64,000 bases of DNA from positions 1 through 64,000 of the forward strand of contig DASPSR010000028.1 of assembly GCA_035623825.1 (NCBI GenBank). The letters are read 5' to 3'. Shown in pieces: positions 43,433 to 53,033 of the stretch. A program made the translations under genes and the position numbers. The notes beneath the pieces were generated by a model. The model did not search any database, was not told the origin of the DNA, and saw only the letters and a list, made by a program, of their open reading frames with translations. This DNA comes from Nitrospirota bacterium (GTDB taxonomy: Bacteria > Nitrospirota > UBA9217). Positions within the stretch are counted from its first letter, which is position 1. Each line of letters begins with the position of its first letter.

Positions 43433-43658
43433 AATACTTACTCCCTCCTTGCTTGTTTCCGCTGTCGGCGGGGTTCCATTCTTTCTGGTCCGGTCACCTC
43501 ATGGCGGAACGCGGTTTTAGTTCAAAGGGAAAGAGCCTCCTTAATATCCCCCACGCTCTTATTCCCGGCCAATCATTCTTGGATACAGTATATGTAAAAA
43601 GGGATGAGAAAACCATAGGCAAGCTTTGATCAGGGCAGATCGTCGCGGACGGCACCTC

Positions 43659-44594
43659 TTAGTCCAAGTATTTTATCGGGTTCACCGGCAGGCCATTCAG
43701 CCGGACCTCATAGTGGAGATGGGGACCCGTGCTGGTGCCGGTATCTCCAACATAGGAAATGACATCTCCGCGCTTTACTCGCTGGCCCGCCTTTACATTA
43801 AGGCGAGTGTTATGCCCGAAGATCGTCCTGATGCCGTATCCATGGCTTATCTCGACCATGTTGCCGTACCCCGTGCTGAAACCTGCCTTGATGACAACGC
43901 CGTCAGCCGGAGACACGACGGGAGTTCCGGTCTGGGCGGCGATATCCATGCCTTCATGAAACTTCATAATGCCGCTGAACGGCGAAGTCCTGTTGCCGAA
44001 CGGCGATGTGACCCATCCATGGACCGGCCAGACGGAAGGGGTCGAAGCATAGAGAGAACGCTTGTCCTCAAAATACTCTATCAACATCTGGAGGCTTGCT
44101 TCTTGTTTTGTGGCCGCGCCTTTTAGTTGTGTCAGTTCCTGGTGCATCTCTCTGAGCGCTTCCGCCTGCTTTTTTTCTCCCATAGTGGTCAAGTTCTGCA
44201 GACCGAGCTCATCAGGACCCCCGATACCGAGCACCTGCTGGGCCCTGTCACGGGGCCCCAGGCTCACAGCGCGGCGGAGTTTGGTGTCAAGGTCACGAAG
44301 CAGGAACATCTGGCGCTTGTAGTCGAGGATGTTGAGCGCGAAATTCTGGACTTGCGCTTTTTGCTGCATCAACTCCTCGCGCATCGTTTGCAGTTCCCAT
44401 ACCTTGTCTTTAACATCGTTGTATTCGTAGATCAAATAAAAGGAGAGAAGGATGACGCCCGCGACAGAGAGGAGCGCTGATTTTATGACGGACTTTGAAA
44501 TGCTTAATGTTCTGACTTTGGCATTCGGCCCGGGCAGGAACATGAAGGTAAAGTATTCTTTTTTCTTGATATTTCGAGACTTCCTTGCCTGCAT
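43659..44594 (-). CDS. M23 family metallopeptidase with N-terminal TM and coiled coil
   Basis: TPS.WPV.G, HEGMD, GHN, STGPHLHYEV. Confidence 0.93.
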   Translation of the reverse strand: MQARKSRNIKKKEYFTFMFLPGPNAKVRTLSISKSVIKSALLSVAGVILLSFYLIYEYNDVKDKVWELQTMREELMQQKAQVQNFALNILDYKRQMFLLRDLDTKLRRAVSLGPRDRAQQVLGIGGPDELGLQNLTTMGEKKQAEALREMHQELTQLKGAATKQEASLQMLIEYFEDKRSLYASTPSVWPVHGWVTSPFGNRTSPFSGIMKFHEGMDIAAQTGTPVVSPADGVVIKAGFSTGYGNMVEISHGYGIRTIFGHNTRLNVKAGQRVKRGDVISYVGDTGTSTGPHLHYEVRLNGLPVNPIKYLD

Positions 44595-44748
44595 CATACC
44601 TCCGGGAAAAAGGCGCAAACGACCGCTTAAAAACTATCATAAATCACGTTGTCATGTCAAGGGCTTATTAATTTTTGTTGTAAAACTTTAATTTGTTGTA
44701 CAACATCTTGTGCTAATCTCTGGGGATTATTCTATATATAGAGGAGAT

Positions 44749-45420
44749 TTATCTGTTTCTTCGAGGAAGGAGCGATTCGAGCGAGCACTCACTGCAAAGG
44801 GGATTGCTCTTTCTGCAACGTTCCTTGCCGACCTTGACGATCAGGGCATGGAATTCATTATAGAGCCGTGTATCTTTCGGCAGGTTTTCCGTGAATAGTC
44901 TCTGCACTTCATGGTAGTCGGCATTGTTCGAAATGAATCCGTGCCTGTACAGGAGCCTTCTGGTATAGGCATCCACCACGAAGAACGGCTTTTTCGCTGC
45001 GTAGAGCAAAATCGAGTCGGCGGTCTCGGGTCCGATGCCGTTTACGCCGAGCAGGCTCTCGCGCAGCGCTTCAGGGTCATCTGAGAACATCCTTTTCAGA
45101 CTTCCACGGTAACGGTTACGGACCAAGATTAGCAGATTCTTGAGTCGCTGTGTCTTTATGTTGAAATAACCGCTCGGCCGTATGAGCGCAGCAAGCTTTT
45201 TCGATGGTACGCTGGTCAAACGCGAGGGGGTCAGCAGACGCCGCCTCTTGAGATTGGCGATGGCCTTTTCCACGTTGCCCCATGCCGTGTTCTGGGTGAG
45301 AACTGCGCCTGCGATCACCTCGAAGGCTGTGTCGCCGGGCCACCAGTGCTGGGGGCCATACGATCGGTAGAGGGCCCGATAGAGGGCCATGAGTTTTTTC
45401 CTGATACATCGGTCAGGCAT
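44749..45420 (-). CDS. endonuclease III-domain (HhH-GPD) DNA glycosylase-like protein
   Basis: WWP, GAVLTQNT.W.NV, GIGPETADSILLY, VDAYT.R, C-terminal Cys cluster. Confidence 0.9.
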   Translation of the reverse strand: MPDRCIRKKLMALYRALYRSYGPQHWWPGDTAFEVIAGAVLTQNTAWGNVEKAIANLKRRRLLTPSRLTSVPSKKLAALIRPSGYFNIKTQRLKNLLILVRNRYRGSLKRMFSDDPEALRESLLGVNGIGPETADSILLYAAKKPFFVVDAYTRRLLYRHGFISNNADYHEVQRLFTENLPKDTRLYNEFHALIVKVGKERCRKSNPLCSECSLESLLPRRNR

Positions 45421-45525
45421 TTTTGCTTGATCTCCGCTCGCCATGCGCGATGCGAGGTGCGGAATTCATTTGCGTTTATCCTTTCTCATGATTCCTGCGC
45501 CGTATCTTCTTTCCTCGTCCCGCGT

Positions 45526-45849
45526 CTATTCTTTCACCGTTTCATTCACCCAGGCGAGATACTCCCGTGAACCGGCAACTATCGGGAGCGCGATGATTTC
45601 CGGCACGGTATACGAGTGGAGTTCCTTCACGCGCTTGATGAGCTTCTCGATGAGCGGCAGTCTGCTCTTGCAGACAAGGAGCGTCTCGCGTGCATCCTGC
45701 GTCTTGCCCTCCCAGAAGAACAGGGAGTGCACTTCAGGCACGATGTTCACACAGGCGGCAAGATGCTCATTTACGAGCGTGGCAGCTATCTTCACGGCCT
45801 CGTCATCCGAGCTGGCGGTTATCAGGACAATGATCCCTTCCGTAGTCAC
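45526..45849 (-). CDS. cutA: divalent cation tolerance protein CutA
   Basis: LAACVN, W.GK, HSY.VPEI. Confidence 0.93.
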   Translation of the reverse strand: MTTEGIIVLITASSDDEAVKIAATLVNEHLAACVNIVPEVHSLFFWEGKTQDARETLLVCKSRLPLIEKLIKRVKELHSYTVPEIIALPIVAGSREYLAWVNETVKE

Positions 45850-45859
45850 GACAATCCTC

Positions 45860-47956
45860 CTAAAACTTCATCCCTCCCAGTCCCTTGAGGTCAAGCAGCA
45901 CCTTGTACTGCCTGTTACCAGGTGTGTTTATGTATTCCATGGCGATACCCCAGCACTGGGACGCGTAATGAACCTTGTAGTCCTGCTGTTGAGTCAGTTT
46001 ATTTATTATATCACGCGTGATCTGCGCGTTGACATCCCATCTCCCGGCTTTGAAACCTATTCCGCCGATCAGGTATTCCGTCGTGTTGGGATTCGTCGGT
46101 GAGGAATGCAGGTACTCGTGCGTCAAGTTAAACCGTACCGTGCCGGCGTCCACGGCGACGCTCTCAATTGTCGTGACGAAGACATGGGTATACGTATCAT
46201 AATCCGTGGTGGACGAAAAGGTCAGCAACTTGGGCGTTTTCACATACAGCTCGCCGTGAAGCGCGGAGCGCGCCTCCCCGGATAGGGTCGTATCGGTGCT
46301 CCTCGCTTTATAGAAGTCATACGACTCCGAGAGCAGAAAAACGACCATGTCAAAGCTCCTGGTCCCGGCCGTATCCTTATAATGCGCCGTGAGGCGATTG
46401 ATGAGGGAGACGGTAACCAGGTTCTGAGCCGTCACGGCATCGACAGAGTCAACCTGAGGGATGCCTGTCTGGTCAATGTGGGGAATGTAGCTGTATGATA
46501 TGGTCGGCTCGATCGAGTGTCGAATCCGCCCGAAGCCCGTTTCGCTGTCCGTGCCGTAAACACGGGATATCCGGGAGTTCAGATCGACGCTCGCATAGTA
46601 AAACTCCCGCTCCGTAGGCTCTGCAATTTCAGCATTGGTGCCGCTCCGGTCGTAAAAGGTCGCCCGTGCTCCCAGGCGGGGTGTAAGGGTCAGCCCGCTC
46701 ACGCCGAAGGGGGCGCTGAGCTGAGGATTGAAGTCCGCCCTCCGCACGTCAGCCCCTTCCTGTGAGGTAAAGTTCGACGCGGACCCGTCAAAATTGAGAT
46801 GGAATGGGCCGGTTATATTTTCCTCGAACATATTGTAGCGGAGTTGAGGGAGCGTTTGAACCGTATTCTCGTTCGTCTGCGTGAGGTCCGTGGTATACTG
46901 GCCCAAGAGATAGAGCGATGCGGTCTCCCAGCGCTCAACATAGAAGATATTGGAGTCCAGATACGGCGGCGATCTGAGCTCGAGCCTTGTCTCAAGATCG
47001 CGGTAGTAGGCGAAGTCGCTCACGAGGTTGACGTCGGCACGGATAGAGAGGTCTTCGGCAATCTCCTCGTCATGCTGAGCCTTGAATTCCCAGCGGCCTT
47101 CGGGAAGCCCGCTGACCCGGTACTTCGAGAACGTGTCGAAATAGTTATAGTAGATCTTGCCGGCGGAGTCCTTGGAATTCACATAGCGGAATTCTGCGCC
47201 CACGCCGTTCCCGTGCCTCGACCGGTAATCGTCATAGAACGTCATGTCCTGATAATCCGATATGGCCCAGAAAAACGCGTTCTTCATCAGGAACCCTTCA
47301 CTGCTGCTGTATCCCAACTCCGGCATCAGGAGGCCGGTCTGCCTCTTCACCGGGAAGAGCAGATAGGGGCTGTAGAAAACCGGGAGACCGGACAAATTGA
47401 ACGAAACATCATCGGCCGTCGCGTATTTGTCCATGTCGACATCGATCGTTCGTGCCTTCAGGTACCACTCACTCTTGTCGCAGGTCGTGAACGTTCCGTT
47501 CTCAACATGATAGACGCTTTCCGATTTCCGCTCGATCTTCTCGCCCTGCAAGTGGTAGTTGTCCTTGCTCATGAACAGGTCGCCGTTATATATGATCCCG
47601 GCCTTGGTGTTTATGTTAAACTGGACCTTGTCTGCCCGGATGATATCGCCTTTGTCCTGAATATATACCTTGCCCTCGGCCACGGCCTCTCCGGTCCTGT
47701 TGTTCAGCACCACTTTGTCGGCCTCGACCCTCAGGCCTTCCTGCTCGACGCGGACATGGCCCACCGCGACATAGATGTCGTTGGTGCGGTCATAATCTAG
47801 TTTGTCGGCATTGACCGTAACGGGGACCTTCTTCAGCTGCTCAGCCTTCGGAAGATCCAGCTTCGGCAGTTCCACGGCAAAGACGAGGTGCGGCAAAGCG
47901 GCCGGAATACCGGAAAGAAAAAACACGGTAAGGATGAACGCCATGCCGCGTTTCAT
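45860..47956 (-). CDS. lptD: LPS-assembly protein LptD
   Basis: Signal peptide, OstA-like N-domain, FTTC, PVFY.PY..FP..RQTG.L.P, beta-barrel, QCWG. Confidence 0.85.
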   Translation of the reverse strand: MKRGMAFILTVFFLSGIPAALPHLVFAVELPKLDLPKAEQLKKVPVTVNADKLDYDRTNDIYVAVGHVRVEQEGLRVEADKVVLNNRTGEAVAEGKVYIQDKGDIIRADKVQFNINTKAGIIYNGDLFMSKDNYHLQGEKIERKSESVYHVENGTFTTCDKSEWYLKARTIDVDMDKYATADDVSFNLSGLPVFYSPYLLFPVKRQTGLLMPELGYSSSEGFLMKNAFFWAISDYQDMTFYDDYRSRHGNGVGAEFRYVNSKDSAGKIYYNYFDTFSKYRVSGLPEGRWEFKAQHDEEIAEDLSIRADVNLVSDFAYYRDLETRLELRSPPYLDSNIFYVERWETASLYLLGQYTTDLTQTNENTVQTLPQLRYNMFEENITGPFHLNFDGSASNFTSQEGADVRRADFNPQLSAPFGVSGLTLTPRLGARATFYDRSGTNAEIAEPTEREFYYASVDLNSRISRVYGTDSETGFGRIRHSIEPTISYSYIPHIDQTGIPQVDSVDAVTAQNLVTVSLINRLTAHYKDTAGTRSFDMVVFLLSESYDFYKARSTDTTLSGEARSALHGELYVKTPKLLTFSSTTDYDTYTHVFVTTIESVAVDAGTVRFNLTHEYLHSSPTNPNTTEYLIGGIGFKAGRWDVNAQITRDIINKLTQQQDYKVHYASQCWGIAMEYINTPGNRQYKVLLDLKGLGGMKF

Positions 47957-48003
47957 ATTATTCCTTTACGCCCTTCTTCTTGTCATTCCGCAATTGTTTT
48001 CCC

Positions 48004-49353
48004 TCAACCCTTCAAGCCCGATAGCTGCTGCGACCGACCGGCTTCCCGGACGAGCACTGACCGCGCTTCTCCCACCACATAGAGCGAACCCGTCACCAGG
48101 ATCAGGTCGTCAGCTCCTGCGGTTTGCCTGGCCATGGCGATTGCATCACCTACGGTCTCGGCCGTAACGACCGCACTGTGCAGCCTCTGGACTTCTGACG
48201 CAAGTGCCTGGACATCCATGGCCCGCGAGTACTGCGGCCTCGTCACGATCACGCGTTCAGCCAAAGGAACAAGCTCGGCCAGGATCCCCCGGTAATCCTT
48301 GTCGCCGAGAATCCCGATGATCAGGACCAGCCGTCGGTATGCGGATTTCATTTCTTGAACGGCCCCGGCGAGCATCTTCGCAGAGGCCGGATTGTGGGCT
48401 CCGTCAAGATATATATCGGGTCTCCGTCCGACGCGTTCCAGCCTCCCTTCCCACTGGGCCCGTTCCAGGCCCAGGCGCAGGGCAGGCTCGGAGAGGATGA
48501 TTCCGGAGACCTCCATGCATTCCGCCGCGGCTATCGCGAGCGAGGCATTGTCTACTTGATACCTGCCATGCATGGTTATGCGCACGTTGTTATACGAAGC
48601 CCGCATGCCCTGGTAGTCGAAAACCTGGGTGCGATCGTGGCGGACGTTCTTCAGCAGAAAATCTTTTGTCAGCCGATAAACCGGAGTGCGTTTCGACGCG
48701 GCTTCTCGCTCAATGACCTCAATGACCTTCGGCTGAGCCACCCCTGTAATGACGGGAACACCCGGTTTGATGATTCCGGCTTTCTCCCGCGCGATCGATT
48801 CCAGCGTGTCCCCCAGGAACTCGGTGTGCTCCAAGTCGATGTTCGTGATAACGGACACGAGCGGGGTGATCACGTTCGTGGAGTCCATCCGGCCCCCCAT
48901 GCCGACTTCGATCACCGCGATATCAACGGACTCCTCAGCAAACCAGGTGAACGCCATTGCGGTCGTGACCTCGAAAAAAGTAGGGGTGAGGGCTCCCGCG
49001 CCGTCAGCAGCAGGGACCCCGCGGTAGCCGTCCCGAACTCTCTGCGCAAGCGCCACTACCTTCTGCTCAGATATCTGGACATTGTCGATTCTGATCCGTT
49101 CTGTAAAACTGACCAGGTGCGGCGAGGTATAGAGCCCCACGCGATACCCCGCGGCCCTGAGCACGTCCGCGAGGAACGCGGAGGTCGACCCTTTGCCATT
49201 CGTGCCGGCAATATGCACTGACCGAAATTTTTTGTGGGGATCGCCCATGACCTGCATGAGCGTGTGGCTGTTTGCCAGGGCAAGCTTTATCCCGTGTTTC
49301 TGCAGCCCGAAGAGATAGTCAATGGTGTTCTGGTATGAACTGTCTTGTGACAT
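48004..49353 (-). CDS. folC: dihydrofolate synthase/folylpolyglutamate synthase
   Basis: GTNGKGST, YTSPHL, EVGMGGR.D.TN, EKAGIIK, LDGAHN, GSLY.VG; start moved to MSQD. Confidence 0.95.
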   Translation of the reverse strand: MSQDSSYQNTIDYLFGLQKHGIKLALANSHTLMQVMGDPHKKFRSVHIAGTNGKGSTSAFLADVLRAAGYRVGLYTSPHLVSFTERIRIDNVQISEQKVVALAQRVRDGYRGVPAADGAGALTPTFFEVTTAMAFTWFAEESVDIAVIEVGMGGRMDSTNVITPLVSVITNIDLEHTEFLGDTLESIAREKAGIIKPGVPVITGVAQPKVIEVIEREAASKRTPVYRLTKDFLLKNVRHDRTQVFDYQGMRASYNNVRITMHGRYQVDNASLAIAAAECMEVSGIILSEPALRLGLERAQWEGRLERVGRRPDIYLDGAHNPASAKMLAGAVQEMKSAYRRLVLIIGILGDKDYRGILAELVPLAERVIVTRPQYSRAMDVQALASEVQRLHSAVVTAETVGDAIAMARQTAGADDLILVTGSLYVVGEARSVLVREAGRSQQLSGLKG

Positions 49354-49429
49354 CCTCGTCCTTGACCGCCATTCCGGTTTTAGCTGAAACCATGGCCCTT
49401 TGGGGCGTGACAATCTCCGCCCATTTCCG

Positions 49430-50293
49430 CTATGGGGACGGTGACTGCGTTGGCGCAGAGGCAGGCTCCGTCGAGGACGCGGCCTCGGCTGGAGACGCTG
49501 CCGGCTGCGCGGGCTGCGACGGCCTCTCTGCAACGGGCGAAGCGACCTTCAGGATCATGACAAAGGGCACAGGTTGATCACTTGGAAACGCATTGAGACG
49601 CGTCCGGCTGTAACCGATCTTTCCCTCAGACTCGATCTGGCTGAAAAAGGAAAGCAGCTCCCTGGAGTTCAGGCTTCCGGATATTTCCCGCACCGAGCCG
49701 CTGAATCTTTTTTTCCCGAGTTCCCTATACCCCCTCATGGCTTCGTTGATCTTCTGGATGGCCGCTTCTTCATTTGTTACGGTCATCGAGACCTGCAGCG
49801 GCTCTAAATGGCGGACCACTTGATTGGGACGGGATGCGGGTGCCTTTATCGTCGTAGTCTCATTCGTCACTGGAGCGAGCGCGGTCTGGTCAGGCGAAAC
49901 AGCGGGAGATGTAGAAGAGGGTGCCGAGTCAGCGGAGTCGGGCTTTTGGAGGTTCTCGATCTCCAAATCGCGGCGCGGCGGAGTGACCGCGTAGATGTAA
50001 ACGAGCACGAGGACGGCGATGATGCCGGTCATCCACAGCGGCCGGTAAAGTATCTTCTTGAGCTTGGAGAGTCCGGAGACGCCCGCCTTCACCCGCTGCA
50101 CCACCCCTTCGGGCGGCGTAATATCCTTCAAATACTGTTTGGCCTCGGCTGCCTGCTTGAGGGCCTGGAATTCGGTATAGCACATGACACAGGATCGCAG
50201 ATGACGTTCTATCCTGATCTGTTCCGGCATGAACAGATGGCCGTGCAGGTATTTTTGAAGTGATTTTCTGGTATATGCGCATTCCTTTTTCAT
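49430..50293 (-). CDS. zf-HC2 (anti-sigma-type zinc finger) bitopic membrane protein
   Basis: N-terminal C...HLRSCVMC, one TM helix, Pro/Ser-rich linkers, small extracytoplasmic domain. Confidence 0.72.
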   Translation of the reverse strand: MKKECAYTRKSLQKYLHGHLFMPEQIRIERHLRSCVMCYTEFQALKQAAEAKQYLKDITPPEGVVQRVKAGVSGLSKLKKILYRPLWMTGIIAVLVLVYIYAVTPPRRDLEIENLQKPDSADSAPSSTSPAVSPDQTALAPVTNETTTIKAPASRPNQVVRHLEPLQVSMTVTNEEAAIQKINEAMRGYRELGKKRFSGSVREISGSLNSRELLSFFSQIESEGKIGYSRTRLNAFPSDQPVPFVMILKVASPVAERPSQPAQPAASPAEAASSTEPASAPTQSPSP

Positions 50294-50380
50294 GAAGACC
50301 ACCTCATATAGCTCTCTCTTGACTCTTCCTGCTTGAAGATGGACTGCGGGTCACAACGGGAGTCTCTATTCACACTCGCA

Positions 50381-51184
50381 CTACACCCCTCCTACCTTCA
50401 CCTGCTGCGCTCGAAGGGAGGAATCACCGAGGAACCACTTCCCGATCTTTTCAAATCGCGAAGGCGAGTCGGTGACGTAGAACTTTCGAATGCCTTCACC
50501 CTTTCCGTTCCCTCTCCACCTGAGCTTATCGAGTACATCCATGACTTCTTTTGCCGTCTCGGTGGCCGAATCGATGAGTGTGATCTCCGGCCCCAAGACC
50601 CTGCTGATCACCTTCTTGAGCAGGGGATAGTGCGTGCAACCAAGAACGAGGGCGTCGATTCCCCTGCCTCGAAGGGGCGCCAGGTACTTTTCCGCCACGA
50701 GATGCGCCACGTCGTTGTCCGTCCACCCCTCTTCGGCCAGGGGAACAAAGAGCGGACACGGCAGGCTGTGTACCTTGATGTCAGGGGCGATCTGCATGAT
50801 TGCTTTCTCGTAGGCGCCGCTACCAATCGTGGCCTCCGTTCCAATCACGCCCACCTTGCGGGTCTTCGTTGCCGCAGCCGCGGCCCGCGCCCCGGGCTCG
50901 AGCACGCCGATAACGGGGAGAGGGAATTCCTTCTTCACCGCCTCGAGGCTGATGGCAGACGCTGTATTGCAGGCTATCACGAGCATCTTTATCTCCTGCT
51001 CGAGCAGAAAGTCCGTGTTCTCGAAGCTGTAGCGCGTGACCGTCTCGGGGGAACGTATCCCGTACGGAACGCGCGCCGTGTCGCCGAGGTAGATGATGTT
51101 TTCTTCCGGTAGCTTCGCCACGATAGCTCCGAGCACCGTGAGTCCGCCGATCCCAGAGTCGAATATGCCGATTGCCTTTTGCAT
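50381..51184 (-). CDS. murI: glutamate racemase
   Basis: FDSGIGGLTV, GDTARVPYG, IACNTAS, LGCTHYP. Confidence 0.97.
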   Translation of the reverse strand: MQKAIGIFDSGIGGLTVLGAIVAKLPEENIIYLGDTARVPYGIRSPETVTRYSFENTDFLLEQEIKMLVIACNTASAISLEAVKKEFPLPVIGVLEPGARAAAAATKTRKVGVIGTEATIGSGAYEKAIMQIAPDIKVHSLPCPLFVPLAEEGWTDNDVAHLVAEKYLAPLRGRGIDALVLGCTHYPLLKKVISRVLGPEITLIDSATETAKEVMDVLDKLRWRGNGKGEGIRKFYVTDSPSRFEKIGKWFLGDSSLRAQQVKVGGV

Positions 51185-51312
51185 AGTGATTTCGAAAACA
51201 GCTTGCAAAACCACACAGGAGTTCAAAAAACGAAAACAGATCACTCATCTCAAGGCCAGTGGCTTCAGTCTCCCTCGTTGCCCTCTGTGTTTCTTCGAGG
51301 GACCGGCTGTTG

Positions 51313-51909
51313 TCACTGTTTCACGAGATCCATCCTCTTGCCGAACGTCCTGGTAAGATCGATGTGACCGGCGAGCGTCTGCGCCTCTCTTCCATCGAGC
51401 AGGATCCGGATGCGCTTGATCTCTTCGATGTTTTGCATCAGCGTGTTTACAATCGCGTAGATCGCCGTAAGCTCCTCCCATGCAGATGCCCTGATCTCCT
51501 TTTGCGGGGCCGTGGCAAGATCGACATAGGCCGTTCCCATGGTGTCAAGATAGAGCTCTCTGAGCCTGACATCCTCGAGGAGCGCTGTCTGCGCGGAGCG
51601 CTTGTCAGCGAGCATGGCTGCGAGAATTTCCCGTGCCTGTGACTGCCCATCGGGCTGTCTCTTTACCGTAACGGACCCGGATGCCATCATGCCGTCCGAA
51701 GGAAAGTACAACGTGATCATGAGCGGTTCGTCCGGGATGGACGGTCCGGCAAGAACAGGCTGGACCGGTGCTTCTGTGTTTTGCGGCGCGCCAGGGTTGC
51801 GCATCAGCGTCCAGACATACACCCCGGCTGCAGCAATGGCTAAAATGATCACAACCACGCCGAACAGCAGCCGGTCGTGGCCTATCCTCCTATCGATTCT
51901 CTCTGGCAT
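51313..51909 (-). CDS. GerMN domain membrane-anchored protein
   Basis: TM helix, LYF, AYVDL, E...IYAIVNTL, L.DG...TLAGHID. Confidence 0.85.
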   Translation of the reverse strand: MPERIDRRIGHDRLLFGVVVIILAIAAAGVYVWTLMRNPGAPQNTEAPVQPVLAGPSIPDEPLMITLYFPSDGMMASGSVTVKRQPDGQSQAREILAAMLADKRSAQTALLEDVRLRELYLDTMGTAYVDLATAPQKEIRASAWEELTAIYAIVNTLMQNIEEIKRIRILLDGREAQTLAGHIDLTRTFGKRMDLVKQ

Positions 51910-52909
51910 ACTGTTCGATCCCCTTGGCGATGGCCTCGGCCGCCTTTGCTCGGTCCTGGTCCATGCCGACCTCTACCATTGCCGCGGCTGCGTCCATTGC
52001 CTTAAGCCCGGCAATCGGGGCCTGCACAGGCTCTGCGCCCTCTCCGCCCCCGAGCTGCCGCGCAAGTTTCCTGCCGAAACTGCCGCTCTCTTTCATATGC
52101 GCGGCCTGCTGCCTGCCCCAGAGTTTCTCCTGCTCTTCGCTCCCCGCTTCAAAACTGAGAAAATCCCGGTTTGCGGGCCGGGTCGCCTCCTGCCCCGCCA
52201 GATCATCATCGGGGTCCAGAATATAGACCCGCCCAGCCGAACCGGCTGCGGCATGGATGCTCACTATAAGCGTCGCCCCGGCAGCGTTCGCGATTCCGGC
52301 CCTCTCGTCGAGCGAGAGCGCCTGGTCCCTTTCCCTGGTCAGGACTACCCAGAGATGGCTGTCCCTCTGCAGAATTCTTCTGACCGCCTGCGCAAGTTCG
52401 AGGGTCAGCGACTTTTCCTGCCCCCGCGCCGTCACGATTCCCGTGTCCCTGCCTCCGTGCCCTGCGTCGAGAACGACCACGACGGGCTTATCTGCTTGCA
52501 CGGCCGGGGCCGAAGAAGCCGTGCCCTTCGCGATGTCGAGAACGATCCGGTCGGGCCCCCGGAGCACAAAATCCTTGACGTCTCCAGCCGCAGCGTCCAG
52601 ATGGATCAAGATAACGTTCCTGCCTGCCTCCTCCTTCGATTCCACACCGCTCACCACACCGTCATGGATGACCGGCAGCTGCGCCTTGAGGCTGAAGGGA
52701 CCCTCGTAGGCGGAAAAGAGAAGCACTCTGCCCTCGGCGGTTCTCGTCAGGACATAGGGGGCCGCGGCCTCGATCTCGAAAACGATCCGTGTGAAGGCCG
52801 CATAAGAAAAATACCGCACGCCCCTCACCGTGAGTCCCTTTTCTGCTGAAAACGTGATGGCAGGCACCAACAAGAGGGACACAAAAATAAGCAAAACCAG
52901 CCTTCGCAT
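51890..52909 (-). CDS. N-acetylmuramoyl-L-alanine amidase (AMIN + Amidase_3)
   Basis: Signal peptide, AMIN (TRIVFE, PDRIVLDI), LDAGHGG.D.G, EK, SIHA, VEVG. Confidence 0.85.
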   Translation of the reverse strand: MRRLVLLIFVSLLLVPAITFSAEKGLTVRGVRYFSYAAFTRIVFEIEAAAPYVLTRTAEGRVLLFSAYEGPFSLKAQLPVIHDGVVSGVESKEEAGRNVILIHLDAAAGDVKDFVLRGPDRIVLDIAKGTASSAPAVQADKPVVVVLDAGHGGRDTGIVTARGQEKSLTLELAQAVRRILQRDSHLWVVLTRERDQALSLDERAGIANAAGATLIVSIHAAAGSAGRVYILDPDDDLAGQEATRPANRDFLSFEAGSEEQEKLWGRQQAAHMKESGSFGRKLARQLGGGEGAEPVQAPIAGLKAMDAAAAMVEVGMDQDRAKAAEAIAKGIEQYARENR

Positions 52910-53033
52910 ACAAGTAGGCATAGTAGCACAACAAAAAGATTTGTGCAAGAAAAAGGCTGAAAAAACCCTAAAAAAACCAGTAAGTACAAGTAGAATTTGC
53001 ATTCCCACCCTCCGCGTGTTAATCTATCGGCAG

